64,000 nt of DNA from an uncultured Acidobacteriota bacterium (GTDB taxonomy: Bacteria > Acidobacteriota > Blastocatellia > RBC074), in contig CAWCKY010000004.1 of the NCBI GenBank assembly GCA_963796275.1, positions 480,001-544,000 of the forward strand. The letters are read 5' to 3'. The translations under genes and the position numbers were made by a program. The notes beneath the pieces were generated by a model. The model made no database searches, was not told the DNA's origin, and saw only the letters and a program-made list of their open reading frames with translations. Shown here one piece after another: positions 31,559 through 43,178 of this stretch (the first letter of the stretch is position 1; the number at the start of each line of letters is the position of its first letter).

Positions 31559-31819
31559 CTATTTTCCATCATTCCTTCGTATCGCCCCCTTCACCTTAAG
31601 GGCTTTCCCATTCAACTCGTGCCCGTTGAATTTTTCTTTGACCTCGTATGCGGCCTCGAGCGAATTCATCTCAACAAGTGCGAAACCCTTTGTGAGACCC
31701 GTCTCTCGATCATCGACCAACTGACACGACTCCACTTGACCTACATTGCTGAAAAGCTCGCGGATTTCCTCACTGGTTGTCTCGGGCGAGAGATTGCCAA
31801 CCCACAACTTGGCTAACAT
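31559..31819 (-). CDS. RRM RNA-binding protein
   Basis: KLWVGNL, TKGFALVE, NGKALKV. Confidence 0.88.
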   Translation of the reverse strand: MLAKLWVGNLSPETTSEEIRELFSNVGQVESCQLVDDRETGLTKGFALVEMNSLEAAYEVKEKFNGHELNGKALKVKGAIRRNDGK

Positions 31820-31907
31820 AACAATTACCCTTTCTGGAATAAATGGAAACATACCGACAGGCTCGCAAGAATAATCTACGAGCCGAGAAAGTCGGCGCAT
31901 ACCTTGG

Positions 31908-32017
31908 GTTGTGAGCTGTATGTTTCAGATGATCTGGTTGATTCCAGAGGAGCTGATGAAGAGAGTGAGCTACGCTCACTTCTTATCCATCTTGTCGCAA
32001 GCGAGTGGCCTTGTCAA
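31908..32017 (-). promoter_or_regulatory. Sigma70-like promoter plus conserved structured 5' leader (copy 1)
   Basis: TTGACA-N17-CAAGAT followed by CTTCATCAGCTCCTCTGGAATCAACCAGATCATCTGAAAC..ACAGCTCA; near-identical to 45048-45154. Confidence 0.65.
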
Positions 32018-32063
32018 GCGATGGCCGCCTCAACTGCCTCAACCCTTTGTGGCTGATCCAAAG

Positions 32064-33092
32064 TCATCGCTCCGACTGCATTGATTTGAGATGGGAGAAG
32101 CTCACCAACCTCTGCTGCTCTTCATCCCAAAGCTTGAGCGAGGCTAACTTCAGGCTCTCCCAAAACCTGATTACAGTAACTTGCTTTAACAGCGGCATCT
32201 CTTCATGGCATCGTTCCAGCTTGTAGTTTGGGATCTTGGGACTGAGGTGGTGAATATGATGAAAGCCTATGTTACCCGAAAACCACTGCAGGATTTTCGG
32301 CAGTTTGTAATATGAGCTGCCGTGTATAGCTGCCGTCGCATAATCCCAATTCGGCGCATTTTGCCAATAGGTGTTTTCATACTGATGCTGGATGTAAAAT
32401 AACCACACACCTGTCGCGCCGGCGATCATATTGATCGGCATCCAGATCAGCAGGAATGTTTTCACGCCAACCGTCAGACATAATCCTGCCCAGATGGCGA
32501 ACAACGTTGTGTTAGTCAGATAAACATTGTTACGTTCGCGACGCCCGGAATGTTTGCCGATGAGGCGATAATTCCACAAAAACAGGTATAGCGGCCCGAG
32601 CAACAGCATTACTAATGGGTTTCGATAAAGTCTATATTGAACCCGTCCCCAAAGTGAAAGTGTCAGATACTCTCTTACTGTCAGCGTTGTAACATCGCCG
32701 ACTCCGCGCCGTTCCAGATCGCCCGAGGAAGCATGATGGATCGCATGTTCGCGCGTCCATTGAAAATAAGGGGTTTGAGTCAGAATTCCGCAGATTGTAC
32801 CTACAACGTGGTTGGCTCTGGCAGATTTGAAGAACGAACTATGCCCGCAATCATGCAGGATAATAAAGATTCGCATCATCGACCCGGCCGCGGGTAGGGC
32901 TAACAACAACGTCAGCCAATACGAGACCGACAAGCTGCGATACATCAGATACCACAACACAAAGTAAGGGATGACCGAGTTTGCGATTTGCCAGATGCTG
33001 CACCGGATATCGGGAGATTGATATTTTTTGACGAATTCCTGCCAATCGATCTTTGTCACGGTAGTTTTGACTGGAACATGGTTAAACTTCAT
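32064..33092 (-). CDS. Membrane fatty acid desaturase (Des/DesA-like)
   Basis: His boxes HDCGH, HAIHH, HHIHH; WLFYIQHQYE. Confidence 0.93.
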   Translation of the reverse strand: MKFNHVPVKTTVTKIDWQEFVKKYQSPDIRCSIWQIANSVIPYFVLWYLMYRSLSVSYWLTLLLALPAAGSMMRIFIILHDCGHSSFFKSARANHVVGTICGILTQTPYFQWTREHAIHHASSGDLERRGVGDVTTLTVREYLTLSLWGRVQYRLYRNPLVMLLLGPLYLFLWNYRLIGKHSGRRERNNVYLTNTTLFAIWAGLCLTVGVKTFLLIWMPINMIAGATGVWLFYIQHQYENTYWQNAPNWDYATAAIHGSSYYKLPKILQWFSGNIGFHHIHHLSPKIPNYKLERCHEEMPLLKQVTVIRFWESLKLASLKLWDEEQQRLVSFSHLKSMQSER

Positions 33093-34140
33093 CTGCGCTT
33101 CTCCTAAAAATTCATCGAAGCATTCCATCGGGGTAATCACGTTGAACAGTGTGAACACTATTTACTGATGTTAAGTGCCGGAATTGAAAACAACAATTGG
33201 ACAACGGCTGAAGCAACCCGACGCCGCTGGTATTACACAACTTTTACATTCATTGGGAGCATAAGCGACCAGGGATTGGGTAAGCGGAAGTTTATCGAAG
33301 CTCAGGTCACTTACGCTCGACGTAATGCTACCTGGCTCAATCTAATGGGTTTTTCGCCGATAGCGGAAATTCACCTTGGAATCTACCCTGCGATCTAAAT
33401 AATTTCTCGCTCTATGCTCGCTCTATGAAAGATGTCTCATTGGCTATTGGAGAACAAGAAGAAGAATGGCGCTGACTGAACCAAGACGACTGAACCAACT
33501 CATGTCACATGTCAATAGATCAAGATTATGGCGGTGAGTGGCTGGAGGAAGCCTATGTATACTCCCTCCACGTGAAGCTTTCCCGACTGAATGAAGCGCT
33601 TTTTGAACCAATGAAGGCGAGCCCTATGACCAATCTCAGTTACTAGGTAGGCAACACAATCTTTAAGTCGTTGAGGTAAGTAAGTATGGTATTTTCGACT
33701 GGTTTAATATTCACCTACACGGATGGGCAGTAAGATCGGTACTTGATTATGACAGACTACTTCGGCGATGAAAGAACTACGCCGGCTTTCGCATTGGTGT
33801 ATATAAAAACTGGTCTACTGCGTGGTTATAACCATTTCAACATCTGGTCGATCCTAGCGATGATGTTACTTTTGAAGTTCTCATTCTGTTCCAATGTGGG
33901 AGGGAACGACCAGGGCAAAATAATTTCTTCGCAGCAACATGTTCATACTGAACCAGTGAGATAAAATCACCGTGGAATGGCCTTGCCGCCTTAGTCGGTA
34001 GTCTGATTCCCATCTTCCAGGCACTTGCATACCCCAGGTGGCTGGAGGGTGAAATTCAATACCTTTCATTTCACCTACGTCGTGGCACACATGCACCTGA
34101 TCAGTGTCGCCAGGTCACTTTCGATCACCGTTCACCTCAG

Positions 34141-35829
<1,689 letters not shown>

Positions 35830-35836
35830 CTAAATT

Positions 35837-35915
35837 CACACCGGATCGACAGATGCGACGGATATTTACGGATAAAATCCGTGTTTGATCTGTCGCATCC
35901 ATGTCGATCTGTGGG
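35837..35915. repeat. REP-like intergenic inverted repeat
   Basis: GATCGACAGATGCGACGGAT...ACGGAT AAA ATCCGT...ATCTGTCGCATCCATGTCGATC. Confidence 0.65.
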
Positions 35916-35947
35916 GGATTTTCTGTACCAATCTCATGTGCTTTCAT

Positions 35948-36355
35948 TTAGTCTCCGAAACATTTCCCAAATAGAACTCAGAACTTTCTTGAATATGCCA
36001 ATGACGGACGTGAAAACTCACGTAGGGCAATCCCAGGAATCGTCCTGCGGCTATTCTTAATAATTTCCATTCATTAACAGTTTTTCGATCTCATTTTCGC
36101 GAGGACCTGCTTGATCGCTTTACGTCTGGTCGTTTCTTTATCAGAACCGAAGATTCTCGAGTTAAGCTCCCCAGTTATGTAAAAGAAAGCTCCACCCTGT
36201 TTCGCTGAGCATTTGTTTCATTCCGTCACTGTAGAAATTTTTGACCAATATCCAATATCCGTCCCTGACACAGTGCTCGCTTTCGAACAACCAAGGTTTC
36301 TGGCAGGATGTCTTCAGCGATCAGAATAGACCCCCGGCTTTGAACGTGTTTGCCC
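35948..36355 (-). pseudogene. Degraded paralog of the 26823-27221 hypothetical gene
   Basis: Shares nucleotide blocks (ttgaatatgcc, cccaggaatcgtc, cctgcttgat, gctcgctttcgaa, gcgatcagaat) with 26850-27200 but has no continuous ORF. Confidence 0.75.
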
Positions 36356-36398
36356 CTTGCTGCCTCCCGCTATGAAGATCACCCAGTCCGGAATAAAT

Positions 36399-36420
36399 TA
36401 CTGTCCAATATTGGACAGTA
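36399..36420 (-). promoter_or_regulatory. Crp-type palindromic box (perfect 22-bp palindrome)
   Basis: TACTGTCCAATATTGGACAGTA; 16-bp core 21 nt from minus-strand GATCTT. Confidence 0.8.
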
Positions 36421-36467
36421 AACACAAAAAGAAAGGGAATGGAGTTGTTCTTGTACTGGTATTGTGG

Positions 36468-38009
36468 TCATCCAGTCGTCACGAGAGCGCCTGACTTTTT
36501 CTTTCGCGCCTTGCGGGCCTCAACCGCTTCTCCCACCAGCCTGAAGATCGTCTTTCGATTCTGAGCGATGACTTTCAGCCAGTCCCACACGCCCATCTGC
36601 GGAAAATAGATCCCGCGAAAGAAGAAGCGCGCGATGAGATGGGCGATCCGTGACTCGACCGGTTTGTAATTGATCGAATCGATCGCCTCGGTGATCCGTT
36701 CCGGGCTATACGAAGCCGTCCACGCCAGAGCGATCTCGCGATGCACCTCCGAGGCGCTCATCTTGAGCGGCGTGTGCGCCATCTGAAAAGGCGCAAAATC
36801 GAGCCAGTGCTTGGGCCGCGTCAGCCGTCCCGCCGTCTCGAGACGCTTATAGAGCGGGGTCGATGGGAATGGCGTCAGCAGGCCGAAGACGGGCAGCCCC
36901 GGCGGCCAGCTCTGAATCTGTTCCAGCGTCCGCTTGGCAACCCCGGGCGTGTCGTTGTCCATCCCGAAGATGAAGGATGTGATGGCGTAGAGGTTGCGCT
37001 GGGCGAGCCGATCGAGCACCGCCGCATATTCTCCCGGCTTATTGAACCCCTTGTTGACATCGGCCAGGTTGACCGGGTCGATCGACTCCATGCCGATGAA
37101 TATCCATCTGCCGCCGGCGGAGGCGATGAGGTCGACCAGTTCCTCGTCGCGCAGCAGGTTGGCGCTGATCTGCGCGACAAAAGGAAGCTGGGCATCGGCC
37201 GCGATAATGTCGCGGAGTAACGATTTCGTCCGCTTGATGTTGATCGCAAAGTTGTCATCGACGAACAATACAGCGATCTGACCGCCTTCTCTCCGTGCGC
37301 GGGCCTTCAGTCGCAACATCTCCTCGACGATGCTCTCGTTGGAACGAAATCGGATCGAGTCGCCGAAGAAGCCGGTAACCGTGCAGAATTCGCATCCGTA
37401 AGGACATCCGCGCCCCGATTCGATCGGCACCACGCGGAACGAATTCAGCTTGACTCCCAGACGCCGGAGGATGGGCCGCAGTATCTTGGGAACGAGATTG
37501 AAGTGATTGAGATCGAGCGTATCCCACGGAATTATCGGATAGGGCTGAAGACTCGGCTTGCGTTCCTTGCCCGTCTCATCTACGGGCTCATAGACCTCTT
37601 TCAGTTCACCGCGGGCGGCATCCTCAACAATCCTGGGCCAGGTTTCATCGGCTTCACCCAGGGCCACCACGTCGGCGTGGCGAACACCGCCATCCCGCCC
37701 GAGCGCTTCATCCGGCATTTCGGTTACGTGGGGTCCGCCCATGACGACGGGGACCCCGGTTGCGCGGATCGCGTCGGCCATCCGATAGGCTTTTGCTATC
37801 ATGCGGGTCATCGCGCCGATGCCCACCAGGCCGATCTGTTCCTCGCGCACGAAGCGCGCGATAGCTTCCTCGTCCATTGCCTGTGTGTTGCCATCGACCA
37901 GCAGCACTTCGTGACCGGGAGGAGTGAGGGATTGAAGCACGAACATCCAAAGATGCGGCATGTAATTGCGTGTTATTCCGTTGTCCGGATTATAAAGTAG
38001 GATCTTCAT
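36468..38009 (-). CDS. B12-binding radical SAM protein
   Basis: VMGGPH, GEADETW, GRGCPYGCEFC, FVDDNF, FIFGMDND. Confidence 0.93.
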   Translation of the reverse strand: MKILLYNPDNGITRNYMPHLWMFVLQSLTPPGHEVLLVDGNTQAMDEEAIARFVREEQIGLVGIGAMTRMIAKAYRMADAIRATGVPVVMGGPHVTEMPDEALGRDGGVRHADVVALGEADETWPRIVEDAARGELKEVYEPVDETGKERKPSLQPYPIIPWDTLDLNHFNLVPKILRPILRRLGVKLNSFRVVPIESGRGCPYGCEFCTVTGFFGDSIRFRSNESIVEEMLRLKARARREGGQIAVLFVDDNFAINIKRTKSLLRDIIAADAQLPFVAQISANLLRDEELVDLIASAGGRWIFIGMESIDPVNLADVNKGFNKPGEYAAVLDRLAQRNLYAITSFIFGMDNDTPGVAKRTLEQIQSWPPGLPVFGLLTPFPSTPLYKRLETAGRLTRPKHWLDFAPFQMAHTPLKMSASEVHREIALAWTASYSPERITEAIDSINYKPVESRIAHLIARFFFRGIYFPQMGVWDWLKVIAQNRKTIFRLVGEAVEARKARKKKSGALVTTG

Positions 38010-38361
38010 CGTTTATTCTCCAATAATGGACTCTATTGAAGTGAGTTGCCTGCTATGTGACGTTTAGGTAACATTCACAGGTCTCCCGGCTGGCGCCGAG
38101 CAAATGCTCGCATATGAGATCATTGCATCTGCCATCGGGTAGTGTGAGAACGTGGTGTTATCAACTTAAATAAGAGAATCGGGCTTAAATAAGAGAATCG
38201 GGCGATGTTGTGAAAAGATCACTGTAAACTCTGCCAAGATCCTCGTCTGTGCGATAACGCGCTTATAATTCAGTTAATTTCGATGGAGAGTAAGAACACT
38301 ATGTGCGAGAGCTAACATATAGGCTATACTCTGCTGTGTCAAATCCAACAGCAATCCGATT

Positions 38362-39081
38362 ATGACCAATAGGTTTTCTTACAAATCTCAGGGTTCGGTT
38401 GAAAACCGGTTGCTCGCCGCCCTTCCCGATGAGGCATTTGATCGTCTTCTGCCCCATCTGCAACCAGTCTACTTCGCGCTCGGCGATGTAGTTTACGAAT
38501 CGAGCGAACAGATGGAGCACATCTATTTCCCGACAACCTGCATTGTCTCGTTACTCTATACCATGACTGACGGCGCAACCGCCGAGATGGGTCTGGTGGG
38601 TAAGGATGGCGTCGTTGGGATTGCCCTCTTTATGGGTGGCAACACAGTTCCCAACCGCGCAGTAGTGCAGGTCGCGGGCGACGCCTTCAGAGTGCGAGCG
38701 CCGGTCATTCAGGAAGAGTTCAAGCGGGGAGGCACGTGTCAACTGCTGCTACTGCGCTATACGCAAGCGCTGATCACCCAGATATCCCAAACGGCCGTCT
38801 GCAACCGCCTGCATACGGTCGAGCAGCGACTCTGCCGCTGGCTCCTGCTAACGCACGACCGGGTAGAGTCAGCAGAATTACGACTCACGCAGGAGTTCAT
38901 CGCCAATATGCTGGGGGGACGTCGCGAGAGTGTTACCAAGGCAGCGGGACACTTGCAGGCAGCCGGGCTGATCCGCTACATCCGTGGTCACATCACTATC
39001 CTCGATCGTAAGCGCCTGGAAGCAGCAAGTTGTGAGTGTTATCAGGTAGTCAAAACTGAGTTCGATCGTCTGCTTGGGTAG
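38362..39081 (+). CDS. Crp/Fnr family transcriptional regulator
   Basis: NRLLAALP, YFPTTCIVSL, HTVEQRLCRWLL, HTH LTQEFIANMLGGRRESVT. Confidence 0.95.
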   Translation: MTNRFSYKSQGSVENRLLAALPDEAFDRLLPHLQPVYFALGDVVYESSEQMEHIYFPTTCIVSLLYTMTDGATAEMGLVGKDGVVGIALFMGGNTVPNRAVVQVAGDAFRVRAPVIQEEFKRGGTCQLLLLRYTQALITQISQTAVCNRLHTVEQRLCRWLLLTHDRVESAELRLTQEFIANMLGGRRESVTKAAGHLQAAGLIRYIRGHITILDRKRLEAASCECYQVVKTEFDRLLG

Positions 39082-39453
39082 GTGTTTCCTTCATGCCTTC
39101 TCCCTCCACTCAACCTACAGACAATGATGTCCGCCAGTCCGGTAGAGGGAGGTAAATATGATGTTGCTGTCCCAATGGCTTTGGACGCTAATCACAAGAA
39201 ATGGCAGATTAAGTGATATCAATCACTCACGTATGTGCCCTAACACACATATAACCTAATTATTTTTTATAGAGTGAGCAGTTTCGCAGTGTTGATGACA
39301 TACCGACCTGTCGCTTATCTGGTATAGTGACAGAGGCCAGTCATTTTTTCGATAGTTTCACCATTCGATATCGGGATCGAGGTCGATAGCCTTCTCCTTG
39401 TGCCGTGTCTGTTAGGTTCCCAAAGATGACAGCAGCTATACAAGGAGACTTTC

Positions 39454-39710
39454 ATGCCCATATCTATGCCAATACGCGAACCGGTGTCCAACCAACTGCT
39501 CGCCGCGTTACTAGGGAAAAGAATATCAACGTCTGCAGCATATCTGGAGCAGGCCACTTTGTCTTTTGGGGAAATCCTCTACGAACGGGTGAGATCATCC
39601 GAGACGTCTATTTCCCGAATTATGGCATCATTTCTTTGCTTTCTATGGTGGAAGAGCGCTCGACCCTCGGAGTGGGGATCGTCGGGAAAGAAGGCATGGA
39701 CTTTTTGAAA
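39454..39710 (+). pseudogene. Frameshifted, truncated Crp/Fnr paralog of 38362-39081
   Basis: NQLLAALL...FGEILYE in one frame and VYFPNYGIISLL...VGIVGKEG in another; no C-terminal half. Confidence 0.8.
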
Positions 39711-39763
39711 ATGCCGCGAGTGCGCGGAAACGCTCGCCAAAGGCAGTTTTTGCGCCCACTCGA

Positions 39764-40045
39764 TCAGGGCAGCCTTGTTTCACTTCGATGCTCTGTCACC
39801 GGCAAGACGCAATCCTCTTTCAGAACCTCGCTCATCGCGAGCACCCGCTTGAGTTCTTTTCCGGCAAGGCCAAAAAACATGGCCATCTGTTTCAGTTGTT
39901 CTCGCCCGGTATAATCCGCTGGCGTCGAGCAAAACCGCTCGATCCCGGGTGTAAAGTCTATGCACCTCATTTTCTTTGGTGTCTTGTGTCCTTTGGAGCA
40001 ACGGCCGTCCGCCTCCTGTAGCACACAAAACTCACACAATGTCAT
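39764..40045 (-). CDS. Small Cys-rich hypothetical protein
   Basis: CEFC-x7-C...C...C; GAGG RBS directly after the truncated Crp gene. Confidence 0.6.
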   Translation of the reverse strand: MTLCEFCVLQEADGRCSKGHKTPKKMRCIDFTPGIERFCSTPADYTGREQLKQMAMFFGLAGKELKRVLAMSEVLKEDCVLPVTEHRSETRLP

Positions 40046-40054
40046 GTACTTACC

Positions 40055-40543
40055 TCACTTGCCTAGTTTTCGGGCCAGTCGCAGCAGCGTCTTGCCCAGC
40101 CGCTGTTTGCTATCAGCCATCATCAGGTTGGCGATCACCTGCTGTTGCTCGGCAATGCGCACCACCAGATACTGTACGAAGCCCTCAAACAGCGCATCAC
40201 GGCTTAACCGCGCAAAGAACTGGGAACAAGGTATTCGTTTTAAGATCGTTTCTTCCATCGCGGTCGCAGTTTCCAGACGTGCTACCAACCCGGCCAGGGA
40301 CAGCTCGCCGAAAATATCTCCCGCGTTGTAAGTCGCCAGCAGGCACTCTCTGCCGCCAGGCAAGAGCATCAGCAGTTTGATCTGCCCGCTTTCAATGAAG
40401 TAGACCATCTCATCTCGATCGCCGCTATGGTAGACATATTCGTGTTTCGCGATCGTGATGGCGCGCGAATCTCGGGTCTCGTGCCGCAACGAATCGCTCA
40501 ATTGTCGTTTGAGCCGTTCAGCTAGAGCAATCTCTTGGATCAT
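40055..40543 (-). CDS. Crp/Fnr paralog lacking the C-terminal HTH
   Basis: Highly similar to 43883-44563 up to RLGKTLLRLARKLGK, then stop. Confidence 0.8.
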   Translation of the reverse strand: MIQEIALAERLKRQLSDSLRHETRDSRAITIAKHEYVYHSGDRDEMVYFIESGQIKLLMLLPGGRECLLATYNAGDIFGELSLAGLVARLETATAMEETILKRIPCSQFFARLSRDALFEGFVQYLVVRIAEQQQVIANLMMADSKQRLGKTLLRLARKLGK

Positions 40544-40961
40544 GATCCTGTCTCCATCCTGTCTCCATCCTGTCTCCACGCGGTGCGCGAAGAAGCGCAA
40601 CACACTACAGCCGCAATAAACTACCGCTCCAATAACGAATCAAAAAACCGCCGGCTCCGCCGACCAGGCCCGACAACCACAAAAAAACAAGGATAGTGAA
40701 GATTATCCAAAGCATAGACTCCCTCCAAATTTATTGAGCTTCTGGCAATCGGTTTGCCTGCTTCGCTTCCGCCGCGTCGCGACACTATGGATGTAGACCG
40801 CTTTTTCAATGCCTTGTCATAGCCCAAACTTTCGCACGAAATGTACACCTTCTTCGTCGCGTAGCGACGGCGTGAATGGCCGTTGCCTTAACCTCAATCT
40901 TGGGTGCCTGAACCCGGCTCCAATTTGCATTTGAATGATAGGCTGACTCGGGAGGGAGTAC

Positions 40962-40977
40962 CGTCCACTATTGGACA
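40962..40977 (-). promoter_or_regulatory. Crp-type box
   Basis: CGTCCACTATTGGACA; 21 nt from minus-strand TATCAT (40935-40940). Confidence 0.7.
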
Positions 40978-41063
40978 AGGTTGATAAGAAATATCATTTC
41001 GATGCCTTTGGGATAAAAAGGCAACCTGCATAAGCGGAGCGGCTTCACGATCAAGGTAGGCGG

Positions 41064-41273
41064 TTAAAGGCTTGCAGGCGGATCATCGTCAGGCCGACCG
41101 GCTGACTCGGCTTCGCTTTGCATTGAATCCGACTCGAACCAGCGCCGCCTGATTTCGGCATCGGCGGCGGACTGCATCGCTCGCCGTTCTTTCTGCTCCC
41201 GCAGCCAAACCTTTTGCAAGGCTTCAGCGTTGCGCGCCAGCCTGGCCAGATGCTCACGATCTATGCTTGTCAT
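41064..41273 (-). CDS. Small hypothetical protein
   Basis: GGAGGAG RBS; follows the STAS gene. Confidence 0.55.
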   Translation of the reverse strand: MTSIDREHLARLARNAEALQKVWLREQKERRAMQSAADAEIRRRWFESDSMQSEAESAGRPDDDPPASL

Positions 41274-41290
41274 AGCTCCTCCCTTTCTGA

Positions 41291-41629
41291 TCACGTATCG
41301 AAACTGGAAACCGCCGCCGGCTCGGAGTCGAACGTCTCAAATATACTGATCAGCTTTGTAATTGCCATCAGAGCTTGCAAACGTTCACTGAGATGAATCA
41401 GCTTGAGATGCCCTCCCACTTTTTGCAGAGTTGTATAGCAGGAGATGAGTTCACCCAGGCCACTGCTGTCCATGTATGGGACTCTTGCAAAGTTAATGAT
41501 CAGCTTACGAGCCCCAGCATCGAAAGCGGCATTGACCCTTTTTTTAAACTCTACATTCCCTTCCAGAGCTAGGTTGCCATCGAGATCCAGAACTGTGATA
41601 TCGTTTAGCGTGCGCTCGATGATTTTCAT
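41291..41629 (-). CDS. STAS domain anti-sigma-factor antagonist
   Basis: VLDLDGNL, VPYMDSSGLGEL (phospho-Ser motif), ITKLISIFE. Confidence 0.93.
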   Translation of the reverse strand: MKIIERTLNDITVLDLDGNLALEGNVEFKKRVNAAFDAGARKLIINFARVPYMDSSGLGELISCYTTLQKVGGHLKLIHLSERLQALMAITKLISIFETFDSEPAAVSSFDT

Positions 41630-41706
41630 CTCTTTTCCTCGGTGCTTACCCCAGAACGAAACAGAATGCCCCTACCATTTGTCTGATGCCAGTCGCTAAC
41701 CGGTTA

Positions 41707-42084
41707 TCAAAACCTGGGCTTTTGGAGAATCTCATTATTATTGCGTCTCTCCTCGTCTGTTGCACGAAGCTGTTCCCGGTATACCTGATTAGTTGTGGCC
41801 GCCTCTCGCTTGAGGTCTTCCAAGTAACCCTGGAGTTGGTCGTCTATAGGGCAGATGATTCGAATCTGGTCATCTTTCACAATTGGCGATTGTAATGAGT
41901 GTGACGGCTCGGCGTGATTTTTCCAGAGCCGATTGAAGGTCTCGATCCAGAGTCCGCTAGGACGGCTCGAGAGAATAGACGTAACAATGAACTGATCTTT
42001 ACCTTCTCTGTGCGGTAATCCGGATATACTATTGCCAACGATGATGATGTCAGTGAAGTGGGATTCTGCCATTTTTGCCTTCAA
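41707..42084 (-). CDS. Hypothetical protein
   Basis: 125-aa ORF co-oriented with neighbours; start uncertain. Confidence 0.6.
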   Translation of the reverse strand: MKAKMAESHFTDIIIVGNSISGLPHREGKDQFIVTSILSSRPSGLWIETFNRLWKNHAEPSHSLQSPIVKDDQIRIICPIDDQLQGYLEDLKREAATTNQVYREQLRATDEERRNNNEILQKPRF

Positions 42085-42164
42085 TAGATTTTGGTGATGC
42101 TGTATTTAGAGCAGAGCTCTGGTAACGCATCAAACTGCCTAGCTGCTATACATAGCCGCTACTT

Positions 42165-42410
42165 TCAGCATCTGAAGCGATCCAATTCTTCCTGCTTGAA
42201 ATTGAGCTTGAATCGGGTCCTTTCCAGCTTCCCGGCAGCTCCAAAACCGAAGAACTCACCTAGCTTCCGAATAATAGGGGGAGAACAGAGATTCTTTTGC
42301 TCTAACTCGACAAGTTGAGCTGTAAGTACCGCAACATCATCTTCTAGTTCTGCGGTCCTGCGGCGGAACCAGAGAGAGCCTTGTTCAATCTTTGCATTGG
42401 GCATCTTCAC
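42165..42410 (-). CDS. Small hypothetical protein
   Basis: First ORF downstream of the 42468 box; coiled-coil-like. Confidence 0.45.
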   Translation of the reverse strand: MKMPNAKIEQGSLWFRRRTAELEDDVAVLTAQLVELEQKNLCSPPIIRKLGEFFGFGAAGKLERTRFKLNFKQEELDRFRC

Positions 42411-42466
42411 GTTCCAATTAAATTCTTAAGTTGTACACTAATGATCGGCCAGCCCGGGAAATATTG

Positions 42467-42484
42467 CTGTCCAATATTGGACAG
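42467..42484 (-). promoter_or_regulatory. Crp-type palindromic box
   Basis: CTGTCCAATATTGGACAG; 21 nt from minus-strand GATCAT (42441-42446). Confidence 0.8.
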
Positions 42485-42704
42485 TCTCGAAAAGAAAGGT
42501 GGTACACCCGATGACGGGTATTCCTCGGCTAAAGGTTTTTTATGAACAACAGAAGCCAAGGTTCGGGTACTGTGTTCGGTGACGCCCCGGCTTCGCTTCA
42601 AGATGACTTGCGAATGCCAACCCAGTCGGCTCCGCTTGTTACAGCATCGCTGGTTGGGAGAGAGTAGTGCGAAGAGAAATCACTTAAGTTTTCTATATTT
42701 GGCG

Positions 42705-43178
42705 CTATGCAGCCAAATCAGGTGAGAGTTTACCTAGTGAGAATCCGTTCACAGCTTCTAATCGCCCCCGCCATAAAACGCCTTTTTCGGAAAGTAGAAC
42801 GGGGCCGCCAGCGTGGTACATTTGCACATTTCTAAGATGAACGAGGTGCGGTTTCGGGATGTAAGCATTCCCTCGCGATACTTTCTGAATCGGATCATAC
42901 ACGTCACCAAGCCTCTTGAAGGCCACCTCGATCCTTGCGGCTGTTTCACTACTGATACCTTTGAAACCATCTTTGAATTGGTGAGCGAATTCAGTGAAAT
43001 AAGTTTTCCCGCCGATCATTTCACCGGAAATGAGAAGGCTGCCGACGCTCAGTATAATCGGAATGCTAGCAGACTCGTTCTCGTCGTTTACGATTGAGAC
43101 GAGAGACTGAAGAAACCAGTCCACAGTTTTTGATTCTGTATTTTCTGATTGAGCTTCCATCATTTCATATTCATGCAA
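42705..43178 (-). CDS. GvpU-like protein
   Basis: DWFLQSLV...IILSVGSLLISGEMI...YF...HLRNV...LWRGRLEAVNGFSLG. Confidence 0.7.
   Translation of the reverse strand: MHEYEMMEAQSENTESKTVDWFLQSLVSIVNDENESASIPIILSVGSLLISGEMIGGKTYFTEFAHQFKDGFKGISSETAARIEVAFKRLGDVYDPIQKVSRGNAYIPKPHLVHLRNVQMYHAGGPVLLSEKGVLWRGRLEAVNGFSLGKLSPDLAA

Noticed and set aside
31920-31985. Hammerhead ribozyme or fluoride riboswitch (CTGATGA / GCTGATGA)
   Set aside because: No GAAA after the stem, no fluoride 5' motif, and the promoter orientation indicates the opposite strand is transcribed.
33168-34096. Short ORFs between the desaturase and groEL
   Set aside because: No RBS, motif or family support; likely non-coding or decayed sequence.
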